Assembly: GCA_043823745.1 (NCBI GenBank)
Contig: JBDRAN010000003.1
Span: 66,958 to 130,957, forward strand
Length of the DNA stretch: 64,000 nucleotides
DNA from: Candidatus Omnitrophota bacterium
GTDB taxonomy: Bacteria > Omnitrophota > Gorgyraeia > Duberdicusellales > 4484-171
Reading direction: 5' to 3'
Shown: positions 18,918 to 28,938 of the stretch, one piece after another
Layout of the letters: each line of letters begins with the position of its first letter
Position numbering within the stretch: the first letter of the stretch is position 1
Translations under genes and position numbers: made by a program
The notes under the pieces: model-generated
Database searches by the model: none
Told to the model about the DNA's origin: nothing
Seen by the model: only the letters and a program-made list of their open reading frames with translations

Positions 18918-19132
18918 ATATCCTCCTGGTATAATCTTCAGGTATATTTTACCAAGATTATACCTGATTGCACTGATTTAAAATTGATTACACAGATTAA
19001 TATTTTTTAGGCATCTCCTCTCTAAAATAACGGTTGCGGTTGCGCAGCACTTGGGGTGCAGCCCCCTACGGAACGCGCTGGTGCGCTGCTCGTCACGCTG
19101 TACGTACTAAAAGGTTGTGTCAAAAAGAACAT

Positions 19133-19166
19133 GGGAAATAAAAACGGTTGACGCGTAACGCAACCG
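19133..19166 (-). terminator. Rho-independent terminator after the Memo-like gene
   Basis: minus-sense CGGTTGCGTTACGCGTCAACCG followed by UUUUUAUUUCCC. Confidence 0.45.
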
Positions 19167-19260
19167 AAACGAAGCCTCGCAACCCATGGACGTAAAACGA
19201 TATAGAAAATAGGAAGAACTGTCACTATGATTCTAAAACTGGATAAATCTGTCATCTTAC

Positions 19261-20067
19261 TTATGAGCTCATAACAATACCGGCGTAACCAACAACCGAG
19301 TTGTAGTCGCCACTTGAGTCGCCGCTGGTCTGGTATAATGCAATATTTGCCTTCCGCGCGCCGATACGCTTAGCGCACTCTATTACAATCGCGACAGGCG
19401 CAACACCGCACATCGAAATATTTTCGCGACGTACGCAACCAACGAGCCCTTCAGCGTCAAGCTTCACTATGTACTCAAGCGCTAAACGATCTTGTGCACG
19501 GGCCCGAGCTTCAGGTTCATAGTGGGTCATATCGCTTGAAGCGACCAGGAGCACCTCATCCGGCAGGGTCTTTATGCCTTCGTATATTTCCGCTGCCACG
19601 GCCTGGTACGTTTTAATCGAAGCACGCTGACAGGCAATTGGCACAAACGTAAAACTTCCAAAACAGTGATGGATAAGCGGCAGCTGCACTTCGATAGAAT
19701 GTTCGCGCTCATGAGCGCGGGTATCTTCTCGTATCAGGGTCGCGTTGGTCATAATTGACGCCGCAAGCTCCTCGTCAATGGGTATCTGACCAAAAGGAAT
19801 TTCCCATGCACCTTCTTTCACTAACGAAAAATCACAACCAAGATCAGTGTGCTTGGGCCCCACAATAATAATACGTTTTTTTGGCAAAACCCGCGCAAGG
19901 GTTGCCAAAGCTACTCTCGCAGAATACCGATAACCGGCATGGGGCAAAACGATGGCCCGCGCCACACGCTTCGGGAACCCCCCAGGAGCAAGTTCGTTTA
20001 TCAACCCCGCAAGCTCCCCAGGGTCACTCGGATAGAATTGTCCGCTTACGACTGGCTTACGCAGCAT
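19261..20067 (-). CDS. MEMO1-family protein (AmmeMemoRadiSam system protein B-like)
   Basis: 268 aa; AIVLPHAGYRYSARVA...IIIVGPKHT... motifs of the Memo/LigB-type dioxygenase fold. Confidence 0.6.
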   Translation of the reverse strand: MLRKPVVSGQFYPSDPGELAGLINELAPGGFPKRVARAIVLPHAGYRYSARVALATLARVLPKKRIIIVGPKHTDLGCDFSLVKEGAWEIPFGQIPIDEELAASIMTNATLIREDTRAHEREHSIEVQLPLIHHCFGSFTFVPIACQRASIKTYQAVAAEIYEGIKTLPDEVLLVASSDMTHYEPEARARAQDRLALEYIVKLDAEGLVGCVRRENISMCGVAPVAIVIECAKRIGARKANIALYQTSGDSSGDYNSVVGYAGIVMSS

Positions 20068-20144
20068 AGAAACACCGAACCATGAGCCGGCATTTTTTAG
20101 TTACGACCGGCAGCGTTAATAGATTAACAACTATCATACAAATG

Positions 20145-20792
20145 TCAATTATTTTTGAAGTTTATCGTAATCGTAAACGGTAAATTCGTACGATTCTTCA
20201 GCTCTTCGGGAAACGGCGGAAATGGCACCGCATCATACACCGTATTAAGGGCAAGCGTGCGAAGGCGCTGGCTCTTTACCGAGTCTGCTTCAAGTGAAAC
20301 ACTCTGGAGCCGGCCGTCGGAAGATACGATAAAACTCACCATGACAACCCCCCCATCCCGTCCATCATAAAGCTTACGCGCTGCCCGGTCAAGTTTTGCC
20401 CTGATTGCCTGATAATAATGCATATATTCGGGCATTTTACGCAAACTCGCATCAACGTTGTCATAGGCAACCACAACCTCGCTCACCCTCTCCTCCATCA
20501 GGGTAGGATTCTTAAGCGAAAACGCCTGACTAAAATCAAAATCGAGTACCGTGGTCATATCGCTCATAAAAGGAGGCGGCGCAGAATCATCGCCGGTACG
20601 TAAGGCCTGAGGTATCATTTCTTTTTTAAAATCAAACGCTTCGGGAATAACCTTTAATTCGCTAATATCCCGAATAATCTCACGTTTCTTTGCCTGGGGC
20701 GGCCTCGATGCCAGCAACCAGGAAAAGAAAAAAATAACAAGGACGTGGAATGCCACCGAGATTACTACAGAAACTACGCCGTAGCCTTTCAT
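20145..20792 (-). CDS. TonB-like protein (N-terminal TM, Pro-containing linker, TonB_C-like C-terminus)
   Basis: 215 aa; TM (VISVAFHVLVIFFFSWLL); C-terminal GGVVMVSFIVSSDGRLQSVSLEA...VPFPPFPEEL. Confidence 0.4.
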   Translation of the reverse strand: MKGYGVVSVVISVAFHVLVIFFFSWLLASRPPQAKKREIIRDISELKVIPEAFDFKKEMIPQALRTGDDSAPPPFMSDMTTVLDFDFSQAFSLKNPTLMEERVSEVVVAYDNVDASLRKMPEYMHYYQAIRAKLDRAARKLYDGRDGGVVMVSFIVSSDGRLQSVSLEADSVKSQRLRTLALNTVYDAVPFPPFPEELKNRTNLPFTITINFKNN

Positions 20793-20842
20793 AATAAAAA
20801 ATTATAGCACAGATCAAAATTAAGTAAACTAAGCCCTGCTTG

Positions 20843-22090
20843 CTACGAAAGCTCGGCTGCCTCAAGGATTGCGGGAATGACTTCGGAAAGCGTTGGGTGG
20901 ATAAAGATCGCCTGACTCAATACCGTAACCGGGAGCTTACTCCTGACGCAGAGAGAAAGAAGATTAATCAATTCACCGGCAGCGTGAGAAATAACCGTGG
21001 CTCCAAGCACGGTGCCGCCAGGCGCAAGCACGATCTGGGCATATCCGTCGGTATCGTCATAGACGTAGGCAGAAGAAAACTTGAGAAAATTTGACTTTAT
21101 GACACGGTGTGCGATATTGTTGTCCCGGGCGCTTGAAGCGTTCATTCCCACGCAGGCAATCTGCGGTAAAGAAAATACACATTCAGGTATCCCCGTATCG
21201 TCAACAACGACATTCTTTCCTGCGATTGTATCTACACAAAGTTTCGCCTGATATTCGGCGGTATAGGCAAGAAGCTTTTTTCCGGTGACGTCGCCACAGG
21301 CGTATACCGTGTCAACCGAGGTGCGCCCGCGTTCGTCCGTTTTAATCCAACCTCCCGGGCCAAGCGCGACCCCCGCAACCGCAAGTCCGCAATCGACGGT
21401 ATTGGGAACTCTGCCCGCGGCCATAATGATGGCGTCAAAACTTGACAAATCAATACCTGAAACATCTTTTCCTAACTCAAAGGTAACTCCGGTACGCTCA
21501 AGAATAACTTTAAGGCGGCTTGATACGGATTCCTCAAACGATGGAAGTATCCGCGTTTCTTTCTCAACCACATGTACTATTTTTCCAAGACGCCGTAAAA
21601 GAGAAGTCACCTCGATGCCGATAGAGCCACCGCCGACAATAAGAAATTTTTCCGGGATTGAGGAACGGGAAAACAATTCCTGTGCAAAAAAAGCACTCGG
21701 ATGTGTTACGATTGTCCGGGGAAGTGAGCCGGTAGCGATAATGATCGCGCGAGCCTCGATAATAGTCTCGGCTACACGAATCCTGTGGCCATCAAGAAGT
21801 ACCGCGGCCCCATACATTACCCGAACACCCTGTTTTTCTAAAAAAACGTGCAAGGGTACTTTAATTTTTTTGATAAGCGCGCGCGCGGCATCAAAAATCT
21901 CAGGCCACGATTTCCCTGCCACAGCAGATCGAATGAAAAATTTGGTAGGGATACAGCCCTGATTAATACACGTACCGCCAAAACGCTCAAAAGACTCATC
22001 GATAAGGATGACCTTACGCTGATGCGCCAAGGCTCGTTTGCAAGCGGCAATACCCGCTGCTCCGGCACCGATAATAGCTATATCATACAT
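20843..22090 (-). CDS. pyridine nucleotide-disulfide oxidoreductase of the dihydrolipoyl dehydrogenase family
   Basis: 415 aa; FAD site DIAIIGAGAAG; redox disulfide GGTCINQGCIPTK; C-terminal HPTLSE dimerisation motif. Confidence 0.7.
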   Translation of the reverse strand: MYDIAIIGAGAAGIAACKRALAHQRKVILIDESFERFGGTCINQGCIPTKFFIRSAVAGKSWPEIFDAARALIKKIKVPLHVFLEKQGVRVMYGAAVLLDGHRIRVAETIIEARAIIIATGSLPRTIVTHPSAFFAQELFSRSSIPEKFLIVGGGSIGIEVTSLLRRLGKIVHVVEKETRILPSFEESVSSRLKVILERTGVTFELGKDVSGIDLSSFDAIIMAAGRVPNTVDCGLAVAGVALGPGGWIKTDERGRTSVDTVYACGDVTGKKLLAYTAEYQAKLCVDTIAGKNVVVDDTGIPECVFSLPQIACVGMNASSARDNNIAHRVIKSNFLKFSSAYVYDDTDGYAQIVLAPGGTVLGATVISHAAGELINLLSLCVRSKLPVTVLSQAIFIHPTLSEVIPAILEAAELS

Positions 22091-22093
22091 ATA

Positions 22094-23017
22094 TTACAAA
22101 GTGGCGATGTCGCGACGCACGTTTGCGGCAGCCTGGATAAACGCAGCACGCTCTGGGGCAGATAGCTCAAGTTCTATAATCCTGGCGATGCCGCTACGAT
22201 TGATGACGCATGGAACACCCAGGCAAATATCGCGTAAACCATATTCACCCGAAAGAAACGCCGAGATCGGAATAACATCACACGCATCATGCACGATCGC
22301 CTCGATGAGGCGGCAGCATGCAAGTGAAGGCGCAAAGCTGGCGCTCCGGTTCTTAAGAAAACCTACGATTTCTCCTCCCCGTAACGCGGTGCGCTCCTGC
22401 AGCATTTTAACCGCATCTTCTGATAAGAATTTTGATACAGGTTCTCCCTGTACGCGCAGACGTTCGCCTGAGACGATCATTTCATTGCTATGAGGGCCGA
22501 ACGCAAAGCCGCCGAGCGCCGACGGCGCGCACCCTGTCGCATGCGAAAAAAGACCAAGCAAACGAGCCGTATCAAGAGACGCGCCCATACCAAGAATACG
22601 CTGACGAGGAAAACCTGTTTCTCTCGCAATAATATAGGTAATAATATCAAGAGGGTTGGTGACTGCAACAACGATCGCGCCGGGAGCACGCGCTCGTATC
22701 TGGTGGGCAACGTCACGTGCAACAGCAGCGTTGATTTTTAAAAGATCAGCCCTGCTCATACCTTCTTTGCGGGCAATACCCGCCGTAACAATAACGATAT
22801 CAGACTGATCAATGATCGCATAGTCGTTGCCCGCGGCAAGCCGGGTTGAAAAACCAAGCAACGATCGGGTATCTTCCAGATCAAGCGCGACACCGCGAGC
22901 GAGGTCTGCCGCGATATCAAGCAGAGAAAGCTCGTCAATCGTAAGCCGCGAAAGAACCTGGAATGCCAGGGTTGAGCCAACCGCCCCACTTCCAATAATA
23001 GACACTTTTTTAATCAT
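22094..23017 (-). CDS. mdh: malate/lactate dehydrogenase (LDH/MDH family)
   Basis: start placed at MIKKVSIIGSGAVG (Rossmann); ITYI and MGASLDTARL motifs; ORF-track start 23068 probably over-extended. Confidence 0.75.
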   Translation of the reverse strand: MIKKVSIIGSGAVGSTLAFQVLSRLTIDELSLLDIAADLARGVALDLEDTRSLLGFSTRLAAGNDYAIIDQSDIVIVTAGIARKEGMSRADLLKINAAVARDVAHQIRARAPGAIVVAVTNPLDIITYIIARETGFPRQRILGMGASLDTARLLGLFSHATGCAPSALGGFAFGPHSNEMIVSGERLRVQGEPVSKFLSEDAVKMLQERTALRGGEIVGFLKNRSASFAPSLACCRLIEAIVHDACDVIPISAFLSGEYGLRDICLGVPCVINRSGIARIIELELSAPERAAFIQAAANVRRDIATL

Positions 23018-24110
23018 GGGTTTTGCGTAATAACGCGATCTCTTTAATAATCGCAGCGGCCATCTCACGTGTTCCGACCGCCGTAGGATCCGTGCGTGTT
23101 GGTTTTAAGTCATAGGTAACATCACGCCGGGCGCGAATCACCGAAGAAACCGCATCGGCAAGTATTGCTGCCTTTTTCTCCTCGCCGATATATTGAAGCA
23201 AGAGTCCAGCCGAAAGAATGGTGGCAACCGGATTGGCTTTATTGGCGCCGGCATATTTAGGGGCAGAACCATGAACCGGCTCAAAAAGCGCGATACCGTC
23301 TCCCACGTTTGCTCCCGGAGCGATACCAAGCCCACCGATAAGCCCGGCGCAAAGATCAGAAATAACGTCACCATAAAGATTCGGAAGGACTAAGACATCA
23401 AATTCCTGTGGCCGCATCACCAGCTGCATCGAACAATTGTCGACAATAACGTCAACAGCCGCTATTTCCGGATAATCCGGCGCGATATCACGAAACGTTT
23501 TTAAAAAAAGGCCGTCGGTATATTTCATGATATTCGCCTTATGGACGCACGAAACCTTTTTGCGATGCTGGCGACGAACAAGCTCAAACGCAAAACGAAT
23601 AATGCGTTCCGACGCAAAACGAGATATCGGCTTCATCGAGACGGCGCTCCCGACCCGTATTTTCTTGATACTTACGGCATTGATGCGCGCGATAAGCTCC
23701 TCGGTTACAGGATCACCTGCCTCGAACTCAACACCGGCATAGAGATCCTCGCTGTTCTCACGAACAATTACGAGATTCGTTCCCGGATATTTAGAGTTGG
23801 TACCTTCAAGATACCGTGCCGGACGCACGCACGCATACAAATCAAGCTCTTGGCGAAGGGCAACGTTAATTGAGCGAAATCCTCCGCCAACCGGCGTCGT
23901 AATCGGGCCCTTAAGAGCAACTTTGTTTTTCTTGATAGAATCAATGGTCGCCTGGGGAAGAAGGCTTCCGCACATCTGGCGCGCAGGCTCTCCTGCCTGA
24001 ACGACCTCCCAGATAATATCAACACCAAGGGCGTCAACGCACGCCCGCGCCGCGGCAGTCACCTCGGGACCAATGCCGTCGCCGGGAATAAGGCTAATAG
24101 TATATTTCAT
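23010..24110 (-). CDS. leuB: 3-isopropylmalate/isocitrate dehydrogenase family enzyme
   Basis: 366 aa; MKYTISLIPGDGIGPEV; NLYGDVISDLCAGLIGGLG. Confidence 0.75.
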   Translation of the reverse strand: MKYTISLIPGDGIGPEVTAAARACVDALGVDIIWEVVQAGEPARQMCGSLLPQATIDSIKKNKVALKGPITTPVGGGFRSINVALRQELDLYACVRPARYLEGTNSKYPGTNLVIVRENSEDLYAGVEFEAGDPVTEELIARINAVSIKKIRVGSAVSMKPISRFASERIIRFAFELVRRQHRKKVSCVHKANIMKYTDGLFLKTFRDIAPDYPEIAAVDVIVDNCSMQLVMRPQEFDVLVLPNLYGDVISDLCAGLIGGLGIAPGANVGDGIALFEPVHGSAPKYAGANKANPVATILSAGLLLQYIGEEKKAAILADAVSSVIRARRDVTYDLKPTRTDPTAVGTREMAAAIIKEIALLRKTHD

Positions 24111-24113
24111 GAA

Positions 24114-24617
24114 TCAGTTGAGTTTGAAATCTTTATGCTTCTGGAGGTAGTTGATAATCCCGCCGCAGTTAACAAGTTCTTTACGGAACGTATTCCAGGG
24201 GTTAAATTGAAGAACGACACCGGCGGGGGCACTCGTTACAATACCCTTATCGACCTCGACAGTGAGTTCATCTCCTTCAGAAAGGCTCTCCGTGTCAGTC
24301 TCAACCAAGGGTAAGCCGATATTAAACGCGTTTCGATAGAAGATGCGCGCGAAAGATTTAGCGACGATACAGACGATACCCGCTTCTTTAATAACCCAGG
24401 GGGCTTGCTCGCGCGATGAACCCATACCAAAATTTTGCCCAGCAACAATAATTGATTTACCGGGAACAACCTCTTTGTAGAAATGTGGCCGTATATCCTC
24501 AAAAAGATACTGGGCCAGCTTCTTCATGTCGGTAATAGAAAACTTGTAACGGCCGGAAATAATCCAATCGGTATTAATATTATCGCCAAATTTAAAAACC
24601 TTTCCTTGTAGCACCAT
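24114..24617 (-). CDS. leuD: 3-isopropylmalate dehydratase small subunit-like (aconitase swivel domain)
   Basis: start set at MVLQGKVFKFGDNINTD, with AGAGGA ribosome-binding site 8 nt upstream; the ORF-track N-terminal extension to 24728 overlaps pilT and is rejected. Confidence 0.7.
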   Translation of the reverse strand: MVLQGKVFKFGDNINTDWIISGRYKFSITDMKKLAQYLFEDIRPHFYKEVVPGKSIIVAGQNFGMGSSREQAPWVIKEAGIVCIVAKSFARIFYRNAFNIGLPLVETDTESLSEGDELTVEVDKGIVTSAPAGVVLQFNPWNTFRKELVNCGGIINYLQKHKDFKLN

Positions 24618-24664
24618 TATTTCCTCTTTGTTGCATTTATATTTTTGTCTGCGCTTTTCTCTAT

Positions 24665-24707
24665 ATTCGCGTAAATTAGCGTTCTTTAAAATTCGCGGTA
24701 ATTCGCG
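24665..24707 (+). repeat. array of AATT[A/C]GCG heptamers at 10-bp spacing (locus A)
   Basis: ATTCGCG at 24665, ATTAGCG at 24675, ATTCGCG at 24691 and 24701; 48-90 bp upstream of leuD start, overlapping pilT 3' end. Confidence 0.6.
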
Positions 24708-24708
24708 T

Positions 24709-25758
24709 CTATAAATTTTCGAACTCAACGATATTGCGCACTTTACTTAAGGCCACTTCCTTGCTTATAATACCTTTTCGATACAAATCCTTCAAGCATC
24801 GATCCATTGTGTACATTCCATATTGCGCTCCCATTTGGATAAGCGACGGGATCTGAGCAACCTCACCTTCGCGGATCAGATTACGGATGCCTGATGTTGC
24901 CACCAACACCTCGGTAGCAAGAACTCTGCCTTCCCGATCAGCACGCGGAAGAAGCAGCTGCGAAAGCACTCCCTGCAAAGAATCCGCAAGCTGGATTCGT
25001 ACCTGTTTCTGCTGATGCGGTGGAAACACGTCGATAATTCGTTGGACCGTCTGTGGCGCATCCGGGGTGTGAAGAGTTGCAAAAACAAGATGTCCCGTCT
25101 CAGCGGCAGTCAATGTTGTGCCGATAGTTTCAAGATCTCGCATTTCACCTACAATAATAACATTCGGATCCTGACGCAACACTCGCTTTAAGGCTTCGGG
25201 GAATGAATGTGTATCGGCGTACACTTCACGCTGCTTAATAATGCTTTTCTTGTTGGAATGCACAAACTCGATCGGATCCTCAATGGTAACAATCAGATCC
25301 TGGCGTTCCGTATTGATGATATCAATCATCGCAGCCAGCGTTGTGCTTTTACCCGTACCCGTAGGGCCCGTAAGAAGCACCAGGCCGTTGGGCTTACGAA
25401 TAAAATCATAGGCGACCTTAGGTATTCCTAGCTCTTCGAAGCTCGGGATTTTTTCCGGAACTCTTCGGAATGCCGCCTCGATATTGCCTCGTTGGTAATG
25501 AACGTTAACCCTGAAACGATCAATCCCGGTTACGGCGCAGGAAAAATCAAGCTCTTTATCGCGCTCAAACGCCGCCTTCTGATCATCATTGAGAATACTA
25601 TAAATAAGAAACTTTGAATCTTCGGTTTCTAAGACCGGAAAATCAGTTAAGTACAGTTTCCCATCGATACGTAAAACCGGCGGGGTATTGACGGTAATAT
25701 GAAGGTCGCTCGCCCTCTTCTCCATCGTTAGCTTAAGAAGCGTGTTTATATTAACCAT
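24709..25758 (-). CDS. pilT: type IV pilus retraction ATPase
   Basis: 349 aa; Walker A LTGPTGTGKSTT; PilT/PilU family Asp/His boxes. Confidence 0.8.
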   Translation of the reverse strand: MVNINTLLKLTMEKRASDLHITVNTPPVLRIDGKLYLTDFPVLETEDSKFLIYSILNDDQKAAFERDKELDFSCAVTGIDRFRVNVHYQRGNIEAAFRRVPEKIPSFEELGIPKVAYDFIRKPNGLVLLTGPTGTGKSTTLAAMIDIINTERQDLIVTIEDPIEFVHSNKKSIIKQREVYADTHSFPEALKRVLRQDPNVIIVGEMRDLETIGTTLTAAETGHLVFATLHTPDAPQTVQRIIDVFPPHQQKQVRIQLADSLQGVLSQLLLPRADREGRVLATEVLVATSGIRNLIREGEVAQIPSLIQMGAQYGMYTMDRCLKDLYRKGIISKEVALSKVRNIVEFENL

Positions 25759-25794
25759 GCATACCTCCCTCCCATAGACGATTATCTCTGTATC

Positions 25795-27054
25795 TTAAGA
25801 ACGCTTTATGTACGCGCGCGGATCGGTAATTTTTCCTACGATCGCCGACGCGGTAACGGTTGCAGCAGAAGCGAGATAAATGAAGCTGTTCGGATTACCC
25901 ATCCGCCCTTTAAAATTTCTGTTCGCGGTTGAAATCGCAACATCTCCGTCAGCAAGCACTCCCTGATGAGTTCCCACGCACGGACCACATCCTGCCGGAA
26001 GTACAACACCTCCTGCCTCAACAATAGTCTTTATTATACCTTTCTTGAGCGCTTTTAGGAAGATATTTGCTGACGCAGGCGCAACGAGGAGCTTAACATC
26101 CGGATGGACTTTACGGCCGGATAATATACGGGCGGTAATCTCGAGATCTTCGAGCCTTCCATTGGTGCAGGTCCCCACGAATGCCTCGTTAATCTTCACA
26201 GAAGAGAGTTCCTCGGCAGTCGCACCATTATCAACACTATGTGGGCGTGCGACGTACGGAGAAACCTTTGAAACATCAAACTCAATAACTTTTTCATACT
26301 GAGCGTCATGATCAGAATACACCGGTGTATACCGGGTAACTCCAATGCCTGATAGATAGGAAAATACCTTCTTGTCAGGCGCGATGAAACCGCATTTCGC
26401 GCCGAACTCAATAGTCATATTGGTAATGGTCAGGCGACTGTCGAGCGAAAAATTATCGATTACCGTCCCCTCAAATTCGATCGCTTTATACGTCGCACCG
26501 TCAGCGCCGATAGTATGGATAATTGCCAGGATGACATCCTTGCTGTACACTCCGTGAGGGAGTTTTCCCTTAAGAATAATCTTATAGGTTTGTGGAACCT
26601 TGAACCAATTCTTTCCGGTTGTAAGCGTGATTGCCAAATCAGTTGAGCCAACGCCAAACGCAGCGGCGCCAAGAGCGCCCGCGGTTGAGGTATGCGAATC
26701 AGCTCCAAGAATAAGCCTCCCCGGGGCGGCGATCCCAACTTCAGCCACTAACTGGTGCGAAATGCCGCACCCAACGTCATAAAGTTTATTCTTGCTCTCC
26801 CGGGACGCCTGACGCATGCGGCTATGAACTCGAGATACGCCGATGCTTGGACTGGGACTTGAGTGATCAATAAACATCACATAGCGCCTCGGATTTTTAA
26901 TCGCACCGCCGATCTTGGCTAAACCATCAAGCACCAAGGCAGTCGTTCCATCCTGAGAAAAACAAAAATCGACGGTACATATACCCACGTCACCGGCGCG
27001 CAAAGGCGTTTTCGAGTGAGAAGAGAGAATTTTTTCTATAATTGTTTTTCCCAT
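25795..27054 (-). CDS. leuC: 3-isopropylmalate dehydratase large subunit-like (aconitase family, short archaeal-type)
   Basis: 419 aa; aconitase-family Cys/Ser-rich active-site segments (GTCTNG..., GCGPCVG). Confidence 0.75.
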   Translation of the reverse strand: MGKTIIEKILSSHSKTPLRAGDVGICTVDFCFSQDGTTALVLDGLAKIGGAIKNPRRYVMFIDHSSPSPSIGVSRVHSRMRQASRESKNKLYDVGCGISHQLVAEVGIAAPGRLILGADSHTSTAGALGAAAFGVGSTDLAITLTTGKNWFKVPQTYKIILKGKLPHGVYSKDVILAIIHTIGADGATYKAIEFEGTVIDNFSLDSRLTITNMTIEFGAKCGFIAPDKKVFSYLSGIGVTRYTPVYSDHDAQYEKVIEFDVSKVSPYVARPHSVDNGATAEELSSVKINEAFVGTCTNGRLEDLEITARILSGRKVHPDVKLLVAPASANIFLKALKKGIIKTIVEAGGVVLPAGCGPCVGTHQGVLADGDVAISTANRNFKGRMGNPNSFIYLASAATVTASAIVGKITDPRAYIKRS

Positions 27055-27064
27055 CGTATCCCAA

Positions 27065-28219
27065 TTATTCTGCTAAGAACTTCTTTATACGCACGATACC
27101 CTTCGCAATATCCTCAAAGGAAGTAGCGAAACTTAAGCGCACATACCCTTCGGCGCCAAAAGAATTGGTCGGGATAACGCACACCTGATGTCGCTCGAGA
27201 AGTTGCGATGAAAATTCTTCGCTGGAAAGCCCGGTCTTGGTAATATCGCAGAACATATAAAAAGAGCCCTGTGGTCGCAACGGTAGTATTTTTTTAAAAT
27301 CACGCAGGCCCTGATATAGCGCGTCGCGTTTTTTCTGAAAATCAACGCACATCTGCTCCTGCCAGGTACTATTTTTTAATGCGGCGACGGCTGCGCGCTG
27401 AGACACCGAAGAAACACAGCTTGTCGTATGGTCAATAACCTTGGAAGTCTCGCGGACGATAGCCTCATCAGCGACCATATACCCAATACGCCAGCCGGTC
27501 ATGGAAAATGACTTTGAAAACCCATTAACGGTGACGGTCCACCGGTCGGCCCCGGGAAAACTGGCAAAACTGGTAAATTCCGCTTTATCATAGGTAAGTT
27601 TTTCATAGATCTCATCGCTTAACACAAAAATTTTCTTATCCCGAAGAAACTCATACAGTTCGGCAAGCTCATTGCGTGTATAGGACATACCGGTAGGGTT
27701 AGCGGGGTAATTCAAAATAACTACTTTGGTTTTTGACCCGATCGAGGCGGCTAAATCTTGAATACGAATCTTAAAATTATTCTCGGGACGAGTATGAAGG
27801 TAGGTAATGCGACCGCCGATGAGCGTCACCATTTCAGGATAGCTTACCCAGTACGGCGATGGAATAACGACTTCGTCGTCCGGCGCCAGAAGGGTAACCA
27901 GGGCCGCAAAAAGAGCGTATTTGGCTCCTGTGGTAACAATGATATTTTTTGAGGAACAGGGAATACGATTTTCATGCTGCAATTTTGCGGCAATCGCTTC
28001 ACGCAGCTCAATCATTCCCGAGGAAGGAGTGTACTTGGTGAACCCTTCATCGATAGCCCGTTTTGCTTCGATCTTCACAAAATCAGGAGTATCGAAATCA
28101 GGCTCACCGGCCGCAAAATTTACGACATCCTTGCCGTCCTTGATAAGTTTCTTGGCAAGCGCGGTTATCTTTAAGGTGCTTGATGCACTCAGTGCGGCGA
28201 CTCGCGGATTTATAGTCAT
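27065..28219 (-). CDS. class I/II PLP-dependent aminotransferase (aspartate aminotransferase-like)
   Basis: 384 aa; NPTG, SKSFSMTGWRIGY (PLP-Lys) motifs. Confidence 0.75.
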   Translation of the reverse strand: MTINPRVAALSASSTLKITALAKKLIKDGKDVVNFAAGEPDFDTPDFVKIEAKRAIDEGFTKYTPSSGMIELREAIAAKLQHENRIPCSSKNIIVTTGAKYALFAALVTLLAPDDEVVIPSPYWVSYPEMVTLIGGRITYLHTRPENNFKIRIQDLAASIGSKTKVVILNYPANPTGMSYTRNELAELYEFLRDKKIFVLSDEIYEKLTYDKAEFTSFASFPGADRWTVTVNGFSKSFSMTGWRIGYMVADEAIVRETSKVIDHTTSCVSSVSQRAAVAALKNSTWQEQMCVDFQKKRDALYQGLRDFKKILPLRPQGSFYMFCDITKTGLSSEEFSSQLLERHQVCVIPTNSFGAEGYVRLSFATSFEDIAKGIVRIKKFLAE

Positions 28220-28379
28220 CGGAGATCGTTACTAACGATACTCGTACGTAGTCGAGCCTCACGGTCTTCCCACCTGGACGCTCGTGCAAGAGCCAAAACC
28301 GGTGCCCCCTCTCCAAAAGCAAAATACACTGCGCAAATCTCTATCTCCGCCTTTGAGGCCGGAAACGTTAAGGAAAGAT

Positions 28380-28901
28380 TTAAAGGGAATCCCTTTCACG
28401 CTTAAAAATTTTACGCACGCCTGAAAGCAAACTCTTCTTTGGCCCCTCAGACGCCTGCGGGGCGCGATGCTCTTCTTTGTGCTCGTGAGCTTCTTCTTTA
28501 ATTGTTGATTTTTCTTTCTTTGCTTTATGGGATTTTTCTTTCTTTTCCCTTCTGGTGAACTCAAAGATTGCCATTTCGCTGGCATCACCCCGTCGCGCGC
28601 CGATGGCGTAAATCCTGGTAAAACCGCTGGTCACATCTTTAAACCGCGGTCCCAGCACTTCAAAGAGGCGCTTAACGAGGTTATGGTCACCGAGTATCTG
28701 ATATGCCAGCCTGCGATGATGAAGCGTATCCTGGCGCGCCCACGTCATAACGCGGTCGACCCAACGTCTCATCTTTTTTGCCTTGGCCTCCTGGGTTACA
28801 ATGCGCTCATAGATGATAAGGCTGCGCAAAAGGGACTTAATAAGCGCTTTACGTTGGCTTCGGGGCCGGGAAAATTTTTCACTCTTTACTCTATGCTTCA
28901 T
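28380..28901 (-). CDS. rplQ: 50S ribosomal protein L17 with roughly 50-aa Lys/Glu-rich C-terminal extension
   Basis: 173 aa; MKHRVKSEKFSRPRSQRKAL start. Confidence 0.85.
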   Translation of the reverse strand: MKHRVKSEKFSRPRSQRKALIKSLLRSLIIYERIVTQEAKAKKMRRWVDRVMTWARQDTLHHRRLAYQILGDHNLVKRLFEVLGPRFKDVTSGFTRIYAIGARRGDASEMAIFEFTRREKKEKSHKAKKEKSTIKEEAHEHKEEHRAPQASEGPKKSLLSGVRKIFKRERDSL

Positions 28902-28938
28902 AATAACTCCGGTTTCTCCTTATGCCTCTCGTAGTAGA

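Noticed and set aside
19022-19255. 77-aa minus-strand ORF between the Memo-like gene and the DUF1844-like gene
   Set aside because: Overlaps the strong terminator hairpin/U-run at 19133-19166, has no ribosome-binding site, and its composition (Pro/Cys-rich, low complexity) looks like a non-coding read-through.
24618-24728. N-terminal 37-aa extension of leuD in the ORF track
   Set aside because: It would overlap pilT's 3' end. A canonical LeuD N-terminus (MVLQGKVFKFGDNINTD) with a good AGAGGA ribosome-binding site starts at 24617.
28259-28588. 109-aa K/R-rich minus-strand ORF
   Set aside because: It is an alternative frame of the lysine-rich 3' end of rplQ (AAG/AAA runs) and has no independent support.
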